A stretch of 60,780 bases of DNA, counting the filler. It is 6 parts of 6 records of this genome, joined end to end, with 100 filler letters (N's around TTAATTAATTAA, not from the genome) between each part and the next. Parts side by side here need not be neighbours in the genome. Positions count along the whole stretch, not along the records: positions 36,451 to 48,729 come from SRR31156797_25409; positions 48,830 to 54,157 come from SRR31156797_25444; 4 more parts are not named here. One strand, 5' to 3'. A program made the position numbers and the translations under genes. The notes below the pieces were generated by a model. It did no database searches. It was not told the DNA's origin and saw nothing but the letters and a program-made list of their open reading frames with translations. Of this stretch, positions 43,025 through 52,732 are shown one piece after another (position 1 is the first letter of the stretch; every line of letters starts with the position of its first letter).

Positions 43025-43885
43025 ATGACGAAAATAACGCAGTATGGAGGACTTGAAGCGGCTTTAACCGGACCGGAGAAATCGCGGGTTGTGATTTTGC
43101 CAATACCTTACGACGAAACCAGCACTTGGGGAAAGGGTGCGGATAAAGGCCCGGATGCCATCCTTGATGCCTCCGCCAATATGGAGCTTTATGATATCGA
43201 AACGGATTCCGAGTTTTATGAAATCGGCATCTTTACCAGTGAACCGGTGACTGAAAAATCATCACCCGAAAACATGGTGAATGCCGTTGAAGAAGCAACA
43301 GATGGTTTCCTTCAAAAGGGAAAATTTGTGGTAGGGATTGGCGGAGAACATTCTATAACTACCGGGTTTGTAAGGGCTTATGCCAGACATTTTCAAAACC
43401 TGAGCGTACTCCAGTTTGACGCCCACACCGACCTGAGGCCCGAATATGAAGGCACGCCATATAGCCATGCATCAGTCATGTCACGAATCAGTGAAATATG
43501 TCCGTTCGTGCAGGTAGGTATCCGAAGCATGGACAGCATCGAAAAGCCCTTCATTAAAAAGGAAAACCTGTTTCTTGCAGAAGACATTTTTGACAATGAT
43601 GATTGGATGGACAAGGCCGTCAGCAGACTCACCGAAAACGTCTTCATCACAATCGACCTGGATGGATTCGATCCCTCCATCATGCCTTCAACCGGAACTC
43701 CGGAACCTGGCGGACTGGGTTGGTATCAGGTAATAAAATTTATGAAAAAGGTATTCGAAACAAAAAATGTACTGGGTTTCGATGTGGTTGAACTGGCGCC
43801 CATTGAGACGGAAAAGTCCTCTGACTTTTTAGCCGCCAAGCTGATCTACAAACTCTTATCCTATAAATTTTCCAAAAAGATTTAA
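43025..43885 (+). CDS. speB: Agmatinase (ureohydrolase)
   Basis: GGEHSIT, QFDAHTDLR, TIDLDGFDPS, TGTPEPGG. Confidence 0.93.
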   Translation: MTKITQYGGLEAALTGPEKSRVVILPIPYDETSTWGKGADKGPDAILDASANMELYDIETDSEFYEIGIFTSEPVTEKSSPENMVNAVEEATDGFLQKGKFVVGIGGEHSITTGFVRAYARHFQNLSVLQFDAHTDLRPEYEGTPYSHASVMSRISEICPFVQVGIRSMDSIEKPFIKKENLFLAEDIFDNDDWMDKAVSRLTENVFITIDLDGFDPSIMPSTGTPEPGGLGWYQVIKFMKKVFETKNVLGFDVVELAPIETEKSSDFLAAKLIYKLLSYKFSKKI

Positions 43886-43920
43886 TTTTTTATCACGTAA
43901 AACATCTAATAACTATAATT

Positions 43921-44937
43921 ATGAGTAAGAAGGATTTACTAAAAGAAACCATCGAACATATCGATGTAAAATCATTTGATTCTACGCAGATCATCGATTC
44001 CATGCGTAAGATGTCGTTCACATCGCGGGATACAGCCTCAGCTGCCGATATTCTTCAGCGCATGATCAATGACGACGACTGTACCGTATGGCTTACGCTG
44101 GCCGGAAGCACAAGTGCCGGCGGCTGTATGCAGGTGTATGTGGATATGATCAGAAACAACATGATTGATGCCGTGGTGGCAACAGGTGCTGCAATTGTGG
44201 ACATGGACTTTTTTGAGGCACTGGGTTTTAAACACTACCGGGGAACTCCGCAAGTTGACGACAAAGATTTGCGCGCCAATTATATCGACAGGATTTATGA
44301 TACTTTTATTGACGAAGAAGAGTTGCAGGCCTGCGATGAAACCACAAAAGTTATTGCCGACAGCCTGGAACCGAGACCCTATTCTTCCCGTGAATTTATC
44401 AGGGAGATGGGCCGTTACCTCACCAAAAATTCGGTAAAGAAAGATTCCCTTGTTCAGACAGCATTTGAGCACAATGTGCCCATTTTTTGCCCGGCTTTTT
44501 CTGATAGCAGCGCCGGTTTTGGCCTGGTAAAACACCAGTGGGAAAATCCCGACAAACATATGTCCATCGACTCTGTGAAAGATTTCCTGGAACTCACAAA
44601 AATAAAAATGGCTGCAGGAACTTCAGGACTATTCATGATTGGCGGCGGGGTTCCCAAAAACTTTGCCCAGGACACGGTAGTTTGCGCAGAAATATTGGGC
44701 AAGGATGTTCCGATGCACAAATATGCTGTTCAAATTACTGTTGCCGATGTTCGTGATGGTGCCTGCTCAAGTTCAACACTCAAAGAAGCCGCCTCATGGG
44801 GGAAAGTGGATACCGTTTATGAGCAAATGGTTTATGCAGAAGCCACTTCAGTACTTCCATTGATCATTAGCTATGCTTATCACAAAGGTGATTGGAAAAA
44901 ACGAAAGCAACGGGAGTGGGCGAAACTCTTCCAATAA
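43921..44937 (+). CDS. Deoxyhypusine synthase-like protein (probable homospermidine-pathway enzyme)
   Basis: IDRIYDT, PAFSDSSAG, IGGGVPKNF, DGACSSSTLKEAASWGKV with the catalytic Lys. Confidence 0.9.
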   Translation: MSKKDLLKETIEHIDVKSFDSTQIIDSMRKMSFTSRDTASAADILQRMINDDDCTVWLTLAGSTSAGGCMQVYVDMIRNNMIDAVVATGAAIVDMDFFEALGFKHYRGTPQVDDKDLRANYIDRIYDTFIDEEELQACDETTKVIADSLEPRPYSSREFIREMGRYLTKNSVKKDSLVQTAFEHNVPIFCPAFSDSSAGFGLVKHQWENPDKHMSIDSVKDFLELTKIKMAAGTSGLFMIGGGVPKNFAQDTVVCAEILGKDVPMHKYAVQITVADVRDGACSSSTLKEAASWGKVDTVYEQMVYAEATSVLPLIISYAYHKGDWKKRKQREWAKLFQ

Positions 44938-44958
44938 AATAAGTTCAAGTGGCTTTTC

Positions 44959-46071
44959 TTAATGAAGGGCCATTTTTTTTACCATCCGGTCCGTTTCGGT
45001 TTCCATAACCAGCAGGTAAACACCTTTGGGAATGTCCCCCGAATACCACTCCAGCTGATGCCCTCCCGGCTGCATTGCTTCATTCACCAAAACATCAACT
45101 GTTTGCCCAAGATGGTCAATCACCGTGAGCCGAACATGGATAACATCTTCAACTGAAAATTGAATGGCTGTAGAGCCGCTAAATGGGTTGGGAACATTTT
45201 GCTCAAGGTTGAATCCCCTGGAAAGTTGGTTTTCATGCACATCAGATGAAGGCATTTGCGGGCTTCCTGCTTGTGCCCAGGCAGTATAGATCAATGCTGC
45301 CAGCGAATGGGAAGCGTTTTCAAACATGACCGTGGTAAACCCTGAGGAAAACCCCCAAAGTGCCTGCTTGTATGCCGATGAACTTGTGCTGCCACCCGAT
45401 ACGGATTTGGCATAATCATCTGCCAGTAGCACCGAATCCATGTATTGATAATTCTGGTAGATGTAATCAAATATGTACTGCCTCACATCTCCAATTTCTG
45501 AAAAAGGTGAGCCGGTATAGCTGATCTGCGAAATATAGGCATTGATCATGGTGGATTCATACCTGGAATGAATACCTGAATTATTGGTATACTGGCCGTT
45601 GTAGTTGCGGGTGAGATGAAGTGGCATGTGGCCGTCTGCCACATAGTGCCCAAGGTCGGAAGCAAACAGTAAAGCGTCATTCCAGCGGCCTTCTTCAAAA
45701 CAGGTGAGCAGCGAATCATATGTTCTCAGTGTTGCCCATGGCAGCACACCCTGATCATAAACGAAATAATTCCCGTACAGCATGATCACCGAATCGATGG
45801 TTTGGGGAATTCGCCCGGTGTTTACAAAAACATCGTAATTGTCGATGTCGATGTAATGTCTTGGCCCTTCATCAGGATCAATACTTTTGCGGTAGTCAGC
45901 ATCTGAGGCATGATCAGCAAGTAGCTCCGCCCAATCATTAAACTGTTGCATTTGCTGATTAAACGAAAGCGATGATCGGTAGCTGATGTGATAATGGCCT
46001 GTGGAACCCCATGAAGCCAGCAGTAAAACTGCAATTACGAGTACGGGTAGTAAAATATAATTTCTTTTCAA
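44959..46071 (-). CDS. S1/P1 nuclease / Zn-phospholipase C-like protein with T9SS CTD
   Basis: Mature N-terminus WGSTGH; HYID, LGHYVADGHMPLH, GIHSRYE; CTD QNVPNPF...GVYL. Start probably TTG 46071, because 46096-46103 is a TAnnTTTG promoter. Confidence 0.82.
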   Translation of the reverse strand: MKRNYILLPVLVIAVLLLASWGSTGHYHISYRSSLSFNQQMQQFNDWAELLADHASDADYRKSIDPDEGPRHYIDIDNYDVFVNTGRIPQTIDSVIMLYGNYFVYDQGVLPWATLRTYDSLLTCFEEGRWNDALLFASDLGHYVADGHMPLHLTRNYNGQYTNNSGIHSRYESTMINAYISQISYTGSPFSEIGDVRQYIFDYIYQNYQYMDSVLLADDYAKSVSGGSTSSSAYKQALWGFSSGFTTVMFENASHSLAALIYTAWAQAGSPQMPSSDVHENQLSRGFNLEQNVPNPFSGSTAIQFSVEDVIHVRLTVIDHLGQTVDVLVNEAMQPGGHQLEWYSGDIPKGVYLLVMETETDRMVKKMALH

Positions 46072-46225
46072 GAGCGTTTTGTTTTGTTGAATCTGCAAAG
46101 GTATTCAATTTGCCAAAGCTTATCATTGGCCCCTTTAAAGATGTGCTGTCATGTTTGAGTTTAGATTCCTTTCACCCGGAATTCATTAACTTTGATGTTT
46201 TGATTTTACAGGTACCAAAAGGGAT

Positions 46226-48646
46226 TTGATAAACAAAACATCACGAATGCTGAACATGTTTTTAATGAGCCTCCGGAACAAATCAATCTTAGGCTTGCTG
46301 TTGGGTTTGTTTATTTTGATGGGATTGACCCTGTCAGGGCAGAACCAAGCCGTGAAACCTGAGTCTGTTTCCAAACCTGTATTTTTTACCAGGACCTCTC
46401 CCCTGCGTGATTTGCCGGTTATCGAACCTGAAATGCATTCGGTTGAGAATGAGAATGGGGAAGTGGAAAACCCTGTGAGGAGTATTAATAGAGACCATGA
46501 AACACCCGTTTTCGTGGATCCTTTGTTACGTGGTCCGGTCCCGGGGAAGCGCACCTTCGAAATCGTTCAAAACTTCGAAGGACTTGGAAATCTACAGAAC
46601 GTTTTACCACCTGACACGGAGGGAGATGTTGGAAAAGATCATTACATCCAGATGGTAAATATGTCATTTGCCATTTATGATAAGTCAGGGCAAATACTTT
46701 ATGGCCCGGCTTCCAATTTATCTGTATGGCAGGAGGCTCCCGGGCATTGGTCCGAATTCAGTAATGGCGATCCGATAGTTTTGTACGATGAGGTTGCTGA
46801 CCGGTGGCTGCTCAGTGAGCTTGCTTCGCCATATCATCCGCAAAGTCCGCATTTTATCAAGGTTGCGATTTCTGAGACTTCAGACCCGCTTGGTTCATGG
46901 TACCTCTATGCCTTTGAATACGACTATTTTTGTGATTACCCGAAAATTGGTGTTTGGCATGATGGATATTATTTGACTGCCAACAACAATTTCTGGATCA
47001 ACAACCAGTGGGATTTTCATGCTGTTGGATTGTCGGTGCTGGAACGGGATAGTATTTTGGTGGGGTCTCCAAATGCCCGCAGGATATTTTATGATTTCTA
47101 CCCAAATCAACAACCCTGGAGCATGCTTCCCGCTGATTTTGATGGCACTGCTCCTGATCCCGGCACTCCTGCGTATCTGGCCTATCTGAGGGAAGGTTCC
47201 ACCGACAGGATATTTCTGTACAGGGTCAATACAGACTGGCAAAACATCAATAATTCCAGTGTGCAGTGGGAGCATACATTTTTACCGGAACCTTTCAGTG
47301 ATAATTTACCGGCCGGCATCCTACAGCCTGATAATGCGCCATACCTGGCATCTATGACCAACAGGTTGATGTACAGGCTCCAGTTCAGACAATTTGATGA
47401 CTACAACGTGCTTTTGGCCAATCATACGGTTAACCGGGGCGATTTTGTTGCAGGAATTCGCTGGTACGAATTCAGAAACACCGGGCCGGGCTGGGAAATA
47501 TACCAACAGGGTACCTGGTCCCCCGATGACACTCATCGCTGGATGGGCTCTGTAGCCATGGATGGATATGGGAACATAGCTTTGGGTTATTCCGTATCAA
47601 GTGAAAATGTTTACCCTTCCATTTGCGTTGCCGGCCAACAGTTTAATTCATTGCCCGGAATATTTGATGTTGAAGAAAACATACTGGTCGCTGGCTCCGG
47701 ATGCCAAACAAACCCGTATCACCGCTGGGGCGATTATAGTGCCATGATGGTTGATCCGGCTGATCAGGCAACATTTTGGTACACCCAGCAGTATTACGAA
47801 ACCACCGGCGACAGGAACTGGCAGACCAGGATAGCAGCTTTTCGAATTAACGACTTGCTGGAGTTAACGACCATAACAGGGCAAAATACTATTTGTGCCG
47901 GGGATTCCACACAGCTTTTTGCCATAGCACAGGGAGGCTCATCCAATTATTCCTTTTCCTGGGTATCTATTCCACCGGGCTTTACTTCAGGCAATCAAAA
48001 CCCAATAATCTCACCACAGTTTAACACACAATACATCTGTGAGGTTGATGATGGCGTTAACAAGGTTAGTGATTCAATACTTATCTCTGTAAATCCAGCA
48101 CCTTTGGCATGGGCCGGTCCTGACACCATAATTTGTGTAAACCAAAGCCTTAATCTGAATCTGGCAACAGCACAAAACCAGGATGGGATAATCTGGGAGA
48201 CTTCAGGGGATGGGATTTTTGCCAATCCCCAATCCCTTCAAACAACTTATTCCCCGGGGGAGGAGGATATAAACAGTCAATTGGTTTATCTGGTGCTGAC
48301 TGCATTTCCACTTGAAGGATGTGAGGCTGATATTGATTCCCTGGAATTGATGATAGATCCTTGTACGGGAATATCTGAAATGAATACTCCAAAAAAAACA
48401 GTTGACATTTATCCAAATCCCGGAAATGGAATTCTTGTTCTTACTTTTCATACAGATGTGTCAGAAATCGTAAAGTTTGTGGTTTTTGACTTTTATGGGA
48501 ATGAAATCCTGGATAAAAAAATAAACATATCCAACCGGTTAAAATCTGCTCAACTTGATTTGTCTCATATGCCAGACGGTGTTTATTTGCTGCAAATCAA
48601 CTTGGGGGATTTAAAAGAATCGAGCAGGATCATTATTAACCGCTAA
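46226..48646 (+). CDS. Secreted T9SS-CTD protein with an uncharacterised N-terminal domain and PKD/Ig-like repeats
   Basis: PPDTEGDVG...YIQMVN, GDPIVLYD, DYPK, RWGDYS; CTD IYPNPGNG...GVYLL. The true start may be a downstream ATG. Confidence 0.82.
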   Translation: MINKTSRMLNMFLMSLRNKSILGLLLGLFILMGLTLSGQNQAVKPESVSKPVFFTRTSPLRDLPVIEPEMHSVENENGEVENPVRSINRDHETPVFVDPLLRGPVPGKRTFEIVQNFEGLGNLQNVLPPDTEGDVGKDHYIQMVNMSFAIYDKSGQILYGPASNLSVWQEAPGHWSEFSNGDPIVLYDEVADRWLLSELASPYHPQSPHFIKVAISETSDPLGSWYLYAFEYDYFCDYPKIGVWHDGYYLTANNNFWINNQWDFHAVGLSVLERDSILVGSPNARRIFYDFYPNQQPWSMLPADFDGTAPDPGTPAYLAYLREGSTDRIFLYRVNTDWQNINNSSVQWEHTFLPEPFSDNLPAGILQPDNAPYLASMTNRLMYRLQFRQFDDYNVLLANHTVNRGDFVAGIRWYEFRNTGPGWEIYQQGTWSPDDTHRWMGSVAMDGYGNIALGYSVSSENVYPSICVAGQQFNSLPGIFDVEENILVAGSGCQTNPYHRWGDYSAMMVDPADQATFWYTQQYYETTGDRNWQTRIAAFRINDLLELTTITGQNTICAGDSTQLFAIAQGGSSNYSFSWVSIPPGFTSGNQNPIISPQFNTQYICEVDDGVNKVSDSILISVNPAPLAWAGPDTIICVNQSLNLNLATAQNQDGIIWETSGDGIFANPQSLQTTYSPGEEDINSQLVYLVLTAFPLEGCEADIDSLELMIDPCTGISEMNTPKKTVDIYPNPGNGILVLTFHTDVSEIVKFVVFDFYGNEILDKKINISNRLKSAQLDLSHMPDGVYLLQINLGDLKESSRIIINR

Positions 48647-48648
48647 TG

Positions 48649-48683
48649 AAAAAGCCCGAAACAGTGTAACTGAAACGGGCTTT
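48649..48683. terminator. Bidirectional-type terminator between convergent CDS and tRNA
   Basis: AAAGCCCG...CGGGCTTT stem. Confidence 0.65.
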
Positions 48684-48691
48684 GGATATTG

Positions 48692-48729
48692 AGGTATCAG
48701 GCGGATTCGAACCGCCGTACGCGGTTTTG
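48692..48729 (-). tRNA. tRNA-Cys (GCA), 3' half, truncated by the contig end
   Basis: Minus strand CAAAACCGCGTACGGCGGTTCGAATCCGCCTGATACCT: T-loop GGTTCGAATCC, anticodon remnant (G)CA-AA, U discriminator. Confidence 0.8.
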
Positions 48730-48829
48730 NNNNNNNNNNNNNNNNNNNNNNNNNNNNNNNNNNNNNNNNNNNNTTAATTAATTAANNNNNNNNNNNNNNN
48801 NNNNNNNNNNNNNNNNNNNNNNNNNNNNN
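48730..48829. other. Artificial contig spacer
   Basis: N run containing TTAATTAATTAA. Confidence 0.98.
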
Positions 48830-49195
48830 GGAGTAAAAAATTGCATTTGAAATATACATCTCGTGGGAGATGGGTATACGTGCCTGATTCAATTGTTTCT
48901 GGAGATTTTCATAGCTGGATTTTCTCTCTTTAATCTTATCTCCGATTATTGTAAAAGGAATCTTTTTCAGTATATTGATATACAATTGTGCTTTTTTAGC
49001 ATATTGTTCTGTATCAAAACTTTTCCTGCGCTTTTTGCTTTTAGATTTTTTATCCTGGCCTGCATCTTCGGTGCTTGTCACCTGAAGGTCAGGAGTTTCC
49101 GCTGAAACAATCTCTTCATGATCGTCTTCGATCATTTCATCCGGAGTTTCTTTAATATCAGTCACGCTATCACACCGGTGTTCAGACGAATCCAA
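48830..49195 (-). CDS. Archaeal type II secretion/type IV pilus membrane platform protein (FlaJ/TadC-like), N-terminal part
   Basis: LQKQLNQARIPISHEMY pattern; overlaps the ATPase stop. Confidence 0.7.
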
Positions 49196-51248
49196 ATTTC
49201 TTCAGAACCTTTTCAGGAGTTGACTGATAAGCATTGATAATATCAGATATCTCCTGGAAATCATTGATGCCAGTGTTTACCATATGTTCCAGTATCTTCT
49301 GGCGATAGTATAATTCCTGGTCAACCTTGCCCTGGCCCCAACCACGTCTCATCTTAATGTCGAAAAGAGCTTTGGACTCACCTGTGCGGATGAACATGTC
49401 GGACTCTGAATCCCATACGAAGATATCATTTGTCCTGATGTTCCTTGTATTTGGATCAATGTCAACGATCTCTACTAGTTTGATGTTCCTTCTGACACGA
49501 TTACCTTTGGTATAGGTCTGAGACTGGATACTCATAATGTCAAGTGCCTGTATCATTGTACGGGGTACGCTTATAGGTGGGTTTTCAAGTCTGTGAATTG
49601 CAGATGCTACAGAGTCGGCGTGCATGGTTGAAAATGTTGTGTGACCTGTTGACATTGCCTGGAAAAGTGTAAGTGCTTCTTTACCTCTTACTTCACCGAC
49701 AAGCAGGAATTCAGGTCTCTGTCTTAGTGCAGCTTTTAGCAGGTCATACATGTCAACTGCACCCCTTTCATCTGCAGTAAATGAGTCTCTTGTGATACTC
49801 GGGATCCAGTTTGGATGAGGTAGTTTCAATTCCCTTGTATCTTCAAGGGAAATGACCTTGGCTTTTTCAGGAATAAATAGTGAAACAGCATTAAGTGACG
49901 ATGTCTTTCCGGAAGCAGTACCTCCGGCGTATATCAGACTCTTATTGTTTTCAATGCACAGCCACAAATATGCCATTGACTCGGATGAGAAGGTTCCCCA
50001 TTTAATAAGGTCTACAGGCGTGATTGGTGTATCACTGAATTTACGGATGGTAAAAGTACTTCCATGTGCAGTCACACTTGTACCAAGTGTCATCTGTATC
50101 CTTGAGCCGTCCGGCATTGTTGCATCAACCATGGGCTCTGCAACTGAGATGTGTTTTCCACTTCTCTGTGCCATCTGAATAATGAAAGAATTCAGTTCGT
50201 CTTCCTTATAAACAATATTAGTAGCAATGTTATGGTGTGACCGGTGATAAAGGAAAATTGGTACGTCATGTCCATTGCCTGACACATCCTCAATGGAATC
50301 ATCCATCATCAGTGCATCTATCTTTCCAAATCTCACAAAGTCCCTTTTGATGTAGTATGAGATTTTTTCAAGCATAGGTGGGGTAATCTCTATGGTATAA
50401 TCCTGTATAATTGAACGAATCTTTGAATCAAGGACAGCTTCTTTGTCATCGTCTTCCTCATCGATCTCCTCAACGAGTAATACATTTCTTAACCTGTCCT
50501 TTATCTCGAGAAGGAATGTATGTTCAAAGTTGCTAAGTTCCGGTTCAACTATATAATAAAGATGTGAGTTCTTATCGTCATTAAATAATATAGTAATAAA
50601 TGCGTAAGGTTCGTTTACCCAGTAGCGCTCAACTTCCTCATAGCCTTCGATTCCTTTAAACTCAGTTATAGGGCCATGAATTTCCGGATCATAAGGTATG
50701 ATCTCAAGTTCTTTTTGCTTAAAGAGCTCTTTGATCTTTTCAATTGTACCTTCCTTTTCCTTCTTTTTCTCTTTTTGAGCTTCTTCTCCGGTTACTTCAG
50801 AGGCATCAGATAATTTTTCTTCATCAGACAAACTGCTTTTTTCCTCTTTTTCTAAAGCAGGAATCATCTCCTCTTTTTCTTCTTCAATTGAAGTAGCATT
50901 TTCTTCTTTTTCAGGGCTTACTTCGTTTTCAGCAATGGCAGGTTTTTTAGGAGGACCGAAAACAGGCGACTTTGGCAACAGGATTTCAATTTCCTCTTCA
51001 TTTATATCTTCCTGCTGTTGCATAGTGTCTGCATCTTCTTCTTCCTCTGAAGGCATATCTTCTGCATTTTCAAGGATGTGTGCAAAGTCTTTTTCAAACT
51101 TTTCTTCATCTTCCTTTATTTTTGATATTTCTTCAAGGATGCTTTCTGTTTCATCATCAGAAATCTCATTGTCCTCTATTTCATCACTCTGCATACCATC
51201 ATCCTTTTCCCCGTTTTCTTTTAACGAAGACCCTTCACCTTGTAGCAC
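49182..51248 (-). CDS. Archaeal type II/IV secretion ATPase (FlaI/VirB11-like) with an acidic N-terminal extension
   Basis: YWVNEPYAF, FTIRKF, GGTASGKTS Walker A, SLEDTREL, LRQRPEFLLVGEVRG, TGH...STMHA. Confidence 0.93.
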   Translation of the reverse strand: MLQGEGSSLKENGEKDDGMQSDEIEDNEISDDETESILEEISKIKEDEEKFEKDFAHILENAEDMPSEEEEDADTMQQQEDINEEEIEILLPKSPVFGPPKKPAIAENEVSPEKEENATSIEEEKEEMIPALEKEEKSSLSDEEKLSDASEVTGEEAQKEKKKEKEGTIEKIKELFKQKELEIIPYDPEIHGPITEFKGIEGYEEVERYWVNEPYAFITILFNDDKNSHLYYIVEPELSNFEHTFLLEIKDRLRNVLLVEEIDEEDDDKEAVLDSKIRSIIQDYTIEITPPMLEKISYYIKRDFVRFGKIDALMMDDSIEDVSGNGHDVPIFLYHRSHHNIATNIVYKEDELNSFIIQMAQRSGKHISVAEPMVDATMPDGSRIQMTLGTSVTAHGSTFTIRKFSDTPITPVDLIKWGTFSSESMAYLWLCIENNKSLIYAGGTASGKTSSLNAVSLFIPEKAKVISLEDTRELKLPHPNWIPSITRDSFTADERGAVDMYDLLKAALRQRPEFLLVGEVRGKEALTLFQAMSTGHTTFSTMHADSVASAIHRLENPPISVPRTMIQALDIMSIQSQTYTKGNRVRRNIKLVEIVDIDPNTRNIRTNDIFVWDSESDMFIRTGESKALFDIKMRRGWGQGKVDQELYYRQKILEHMVNTGINDFQEISDIINAYQSTPEKVLKKFGFV

Positions 51249-51622
51249 TTTGTTCCCTGCCAGCTTTTTCGTTTATTATTTGTCGCTACTTTCAGAATTA
51301 CTTAATCTGAAGCTTTTTGCATCCGCTATTCTCATATTATTAACTGCCCGATGAATAATGTGGCATTTTGATATTTGATGAAGATTTTTGATCTACATAT
51401 ATATCATATACATATTATAATTATGATAGTTATTAAAGTTGTTGTCATGACACACGTTTTTGTTTTTAACATAATTTTGGATGTCTTGTCTCTCTTGCAT
51501 ATGTATGACTACCTGCTAAACAATGCATGTTCAAGAGTAAATACTCGATGTCCATGAAATCTTTATAAATATACAAATATATTACATCGTATTGACATGT
51601 ATGTTCAAAACTATCAATTTTT

Positions 51623-52531
51623 ATGGGTTCTAATGTACATGCAACAGGTTCCGGGTTTGAATTTAAAAATGATATTGTAAAGCTTCTGGATGCTCTATGG
51701 AAAGAGATCATGTTTGGTGGTCATCTTTTTGCCACAGGTTCAGTTTCTGTGATCATAGCCTGTGCAACTTTATTTATGATAGAGTTGAGCTGGGATATTC
51801 TGTTCATCTCATACATGCTGTTTTATGCAATTTACCTATACGACTATTCAAATGGAGCATCTTCAGATGAACTGACAAATAAAACCCGTGCAAAATATCT
51901 TCAATGCAAGGATAAAAGTACATGCATTGTAGTTGGAGTCTCTGTTTTACTGCTTATATCATTAATTGCTTTTACAAATCTTATTACAACAATCATTGGC
52001 ATTGCAATCCTTGTGCTGGGACTTCTCTATGGCAGCCATTTTAAGAAACTCACAAAAAAGATACCTGCTTTTAAAAATGTTTTCGTATCAATTGTCTGGG
52101 CTTTTATGGCATTGTTCGTTTTTATTTACTACTCAGTTCCTATTACATATGGTGCAATAACCCTTGCTCTTTTTATATTCATCAGAATGATGAACATCCA
52201 GATACTTTTTGATGTAAGGGATATAGAAGGAGATCGTGCAGAGGGTTTACTGACAATTCCTGCGCTGTTTGGGGAAAACAAATATCCTTACATTCTCAGA
52301 CTAATTAACATTTCATCAGTTATTTTCATATCTGCATGTATTATTATGGGCGTTCTTCCACTCTTTACTCTTGGAATGATTCCTGTGTTTTATTATGGTG
52401 CAGGCTACATCAACCGTGTTATCAAATCCAGAAAAGAATTTTCATCTTATATCTTTGCAGCATGTGAACCCATTATGTGGTCGGTACTTATTTTTGCAGG
52501 AAAGCATATCGCTACGTTTAGTGTACTCTAA
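51623..52531 (+). CDS. UbiA-family membrane prenyltransferase
   Basis: Multi-TM; YLYDY...DELTN first acidic region, KKIPAFKNVFVS, FDVRDIEGD...TIP second motif. Confidence 0.8.
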   Translation: MGSNVHATGSGFEFKNDIVKLLDALWKEIMFGGHLFATGSVSVIIACATLFMIELSWDILFISYMLFYAIYLYDYSNGASSDELTNKTRAKYLQCKDKSTCIVVGVSVLLLISLIAFTNLITTIIGIAILVLGLLYGSHFKKLTKKIPAFKNVFVSIVWAFMALFVFIYYSVPITYGAITLALFIFIRMMNIQILFDVRDIEGDRAEGLLTIPALFGENKYPYILRLINISSVIFISACIIMGVLPLFTLGMIPVFYYGAGYINRVIKSRKEFSSYIFAACEPIMWSVLIFAGKHIATFSVL

Positions 52532-52732
52532 GCGATGTTCTTTCTTTTATTTCTCCTGTCTTTCCCTGATAGTCGCATTTAAACAAAAACATTAAATGCA
52601 AAGGTGAATATGTTCTGCTAGATTTGATTTAAGATTCAATTTAAAATTTAGATTTATAGTTTGATTTATAGTTGATTTATATCTTATATTTGCAGCCAGA
52701 ACTAATACAGGGAAAGGAAAGAGGAATACCTG

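Noticed and set aside
52620-52690. Short GATTTATAG-type tandem repeats upstream of pheT
   Set aside because: Low-complexity AT-rich repeats without unique spacers; not a CRISPR array.
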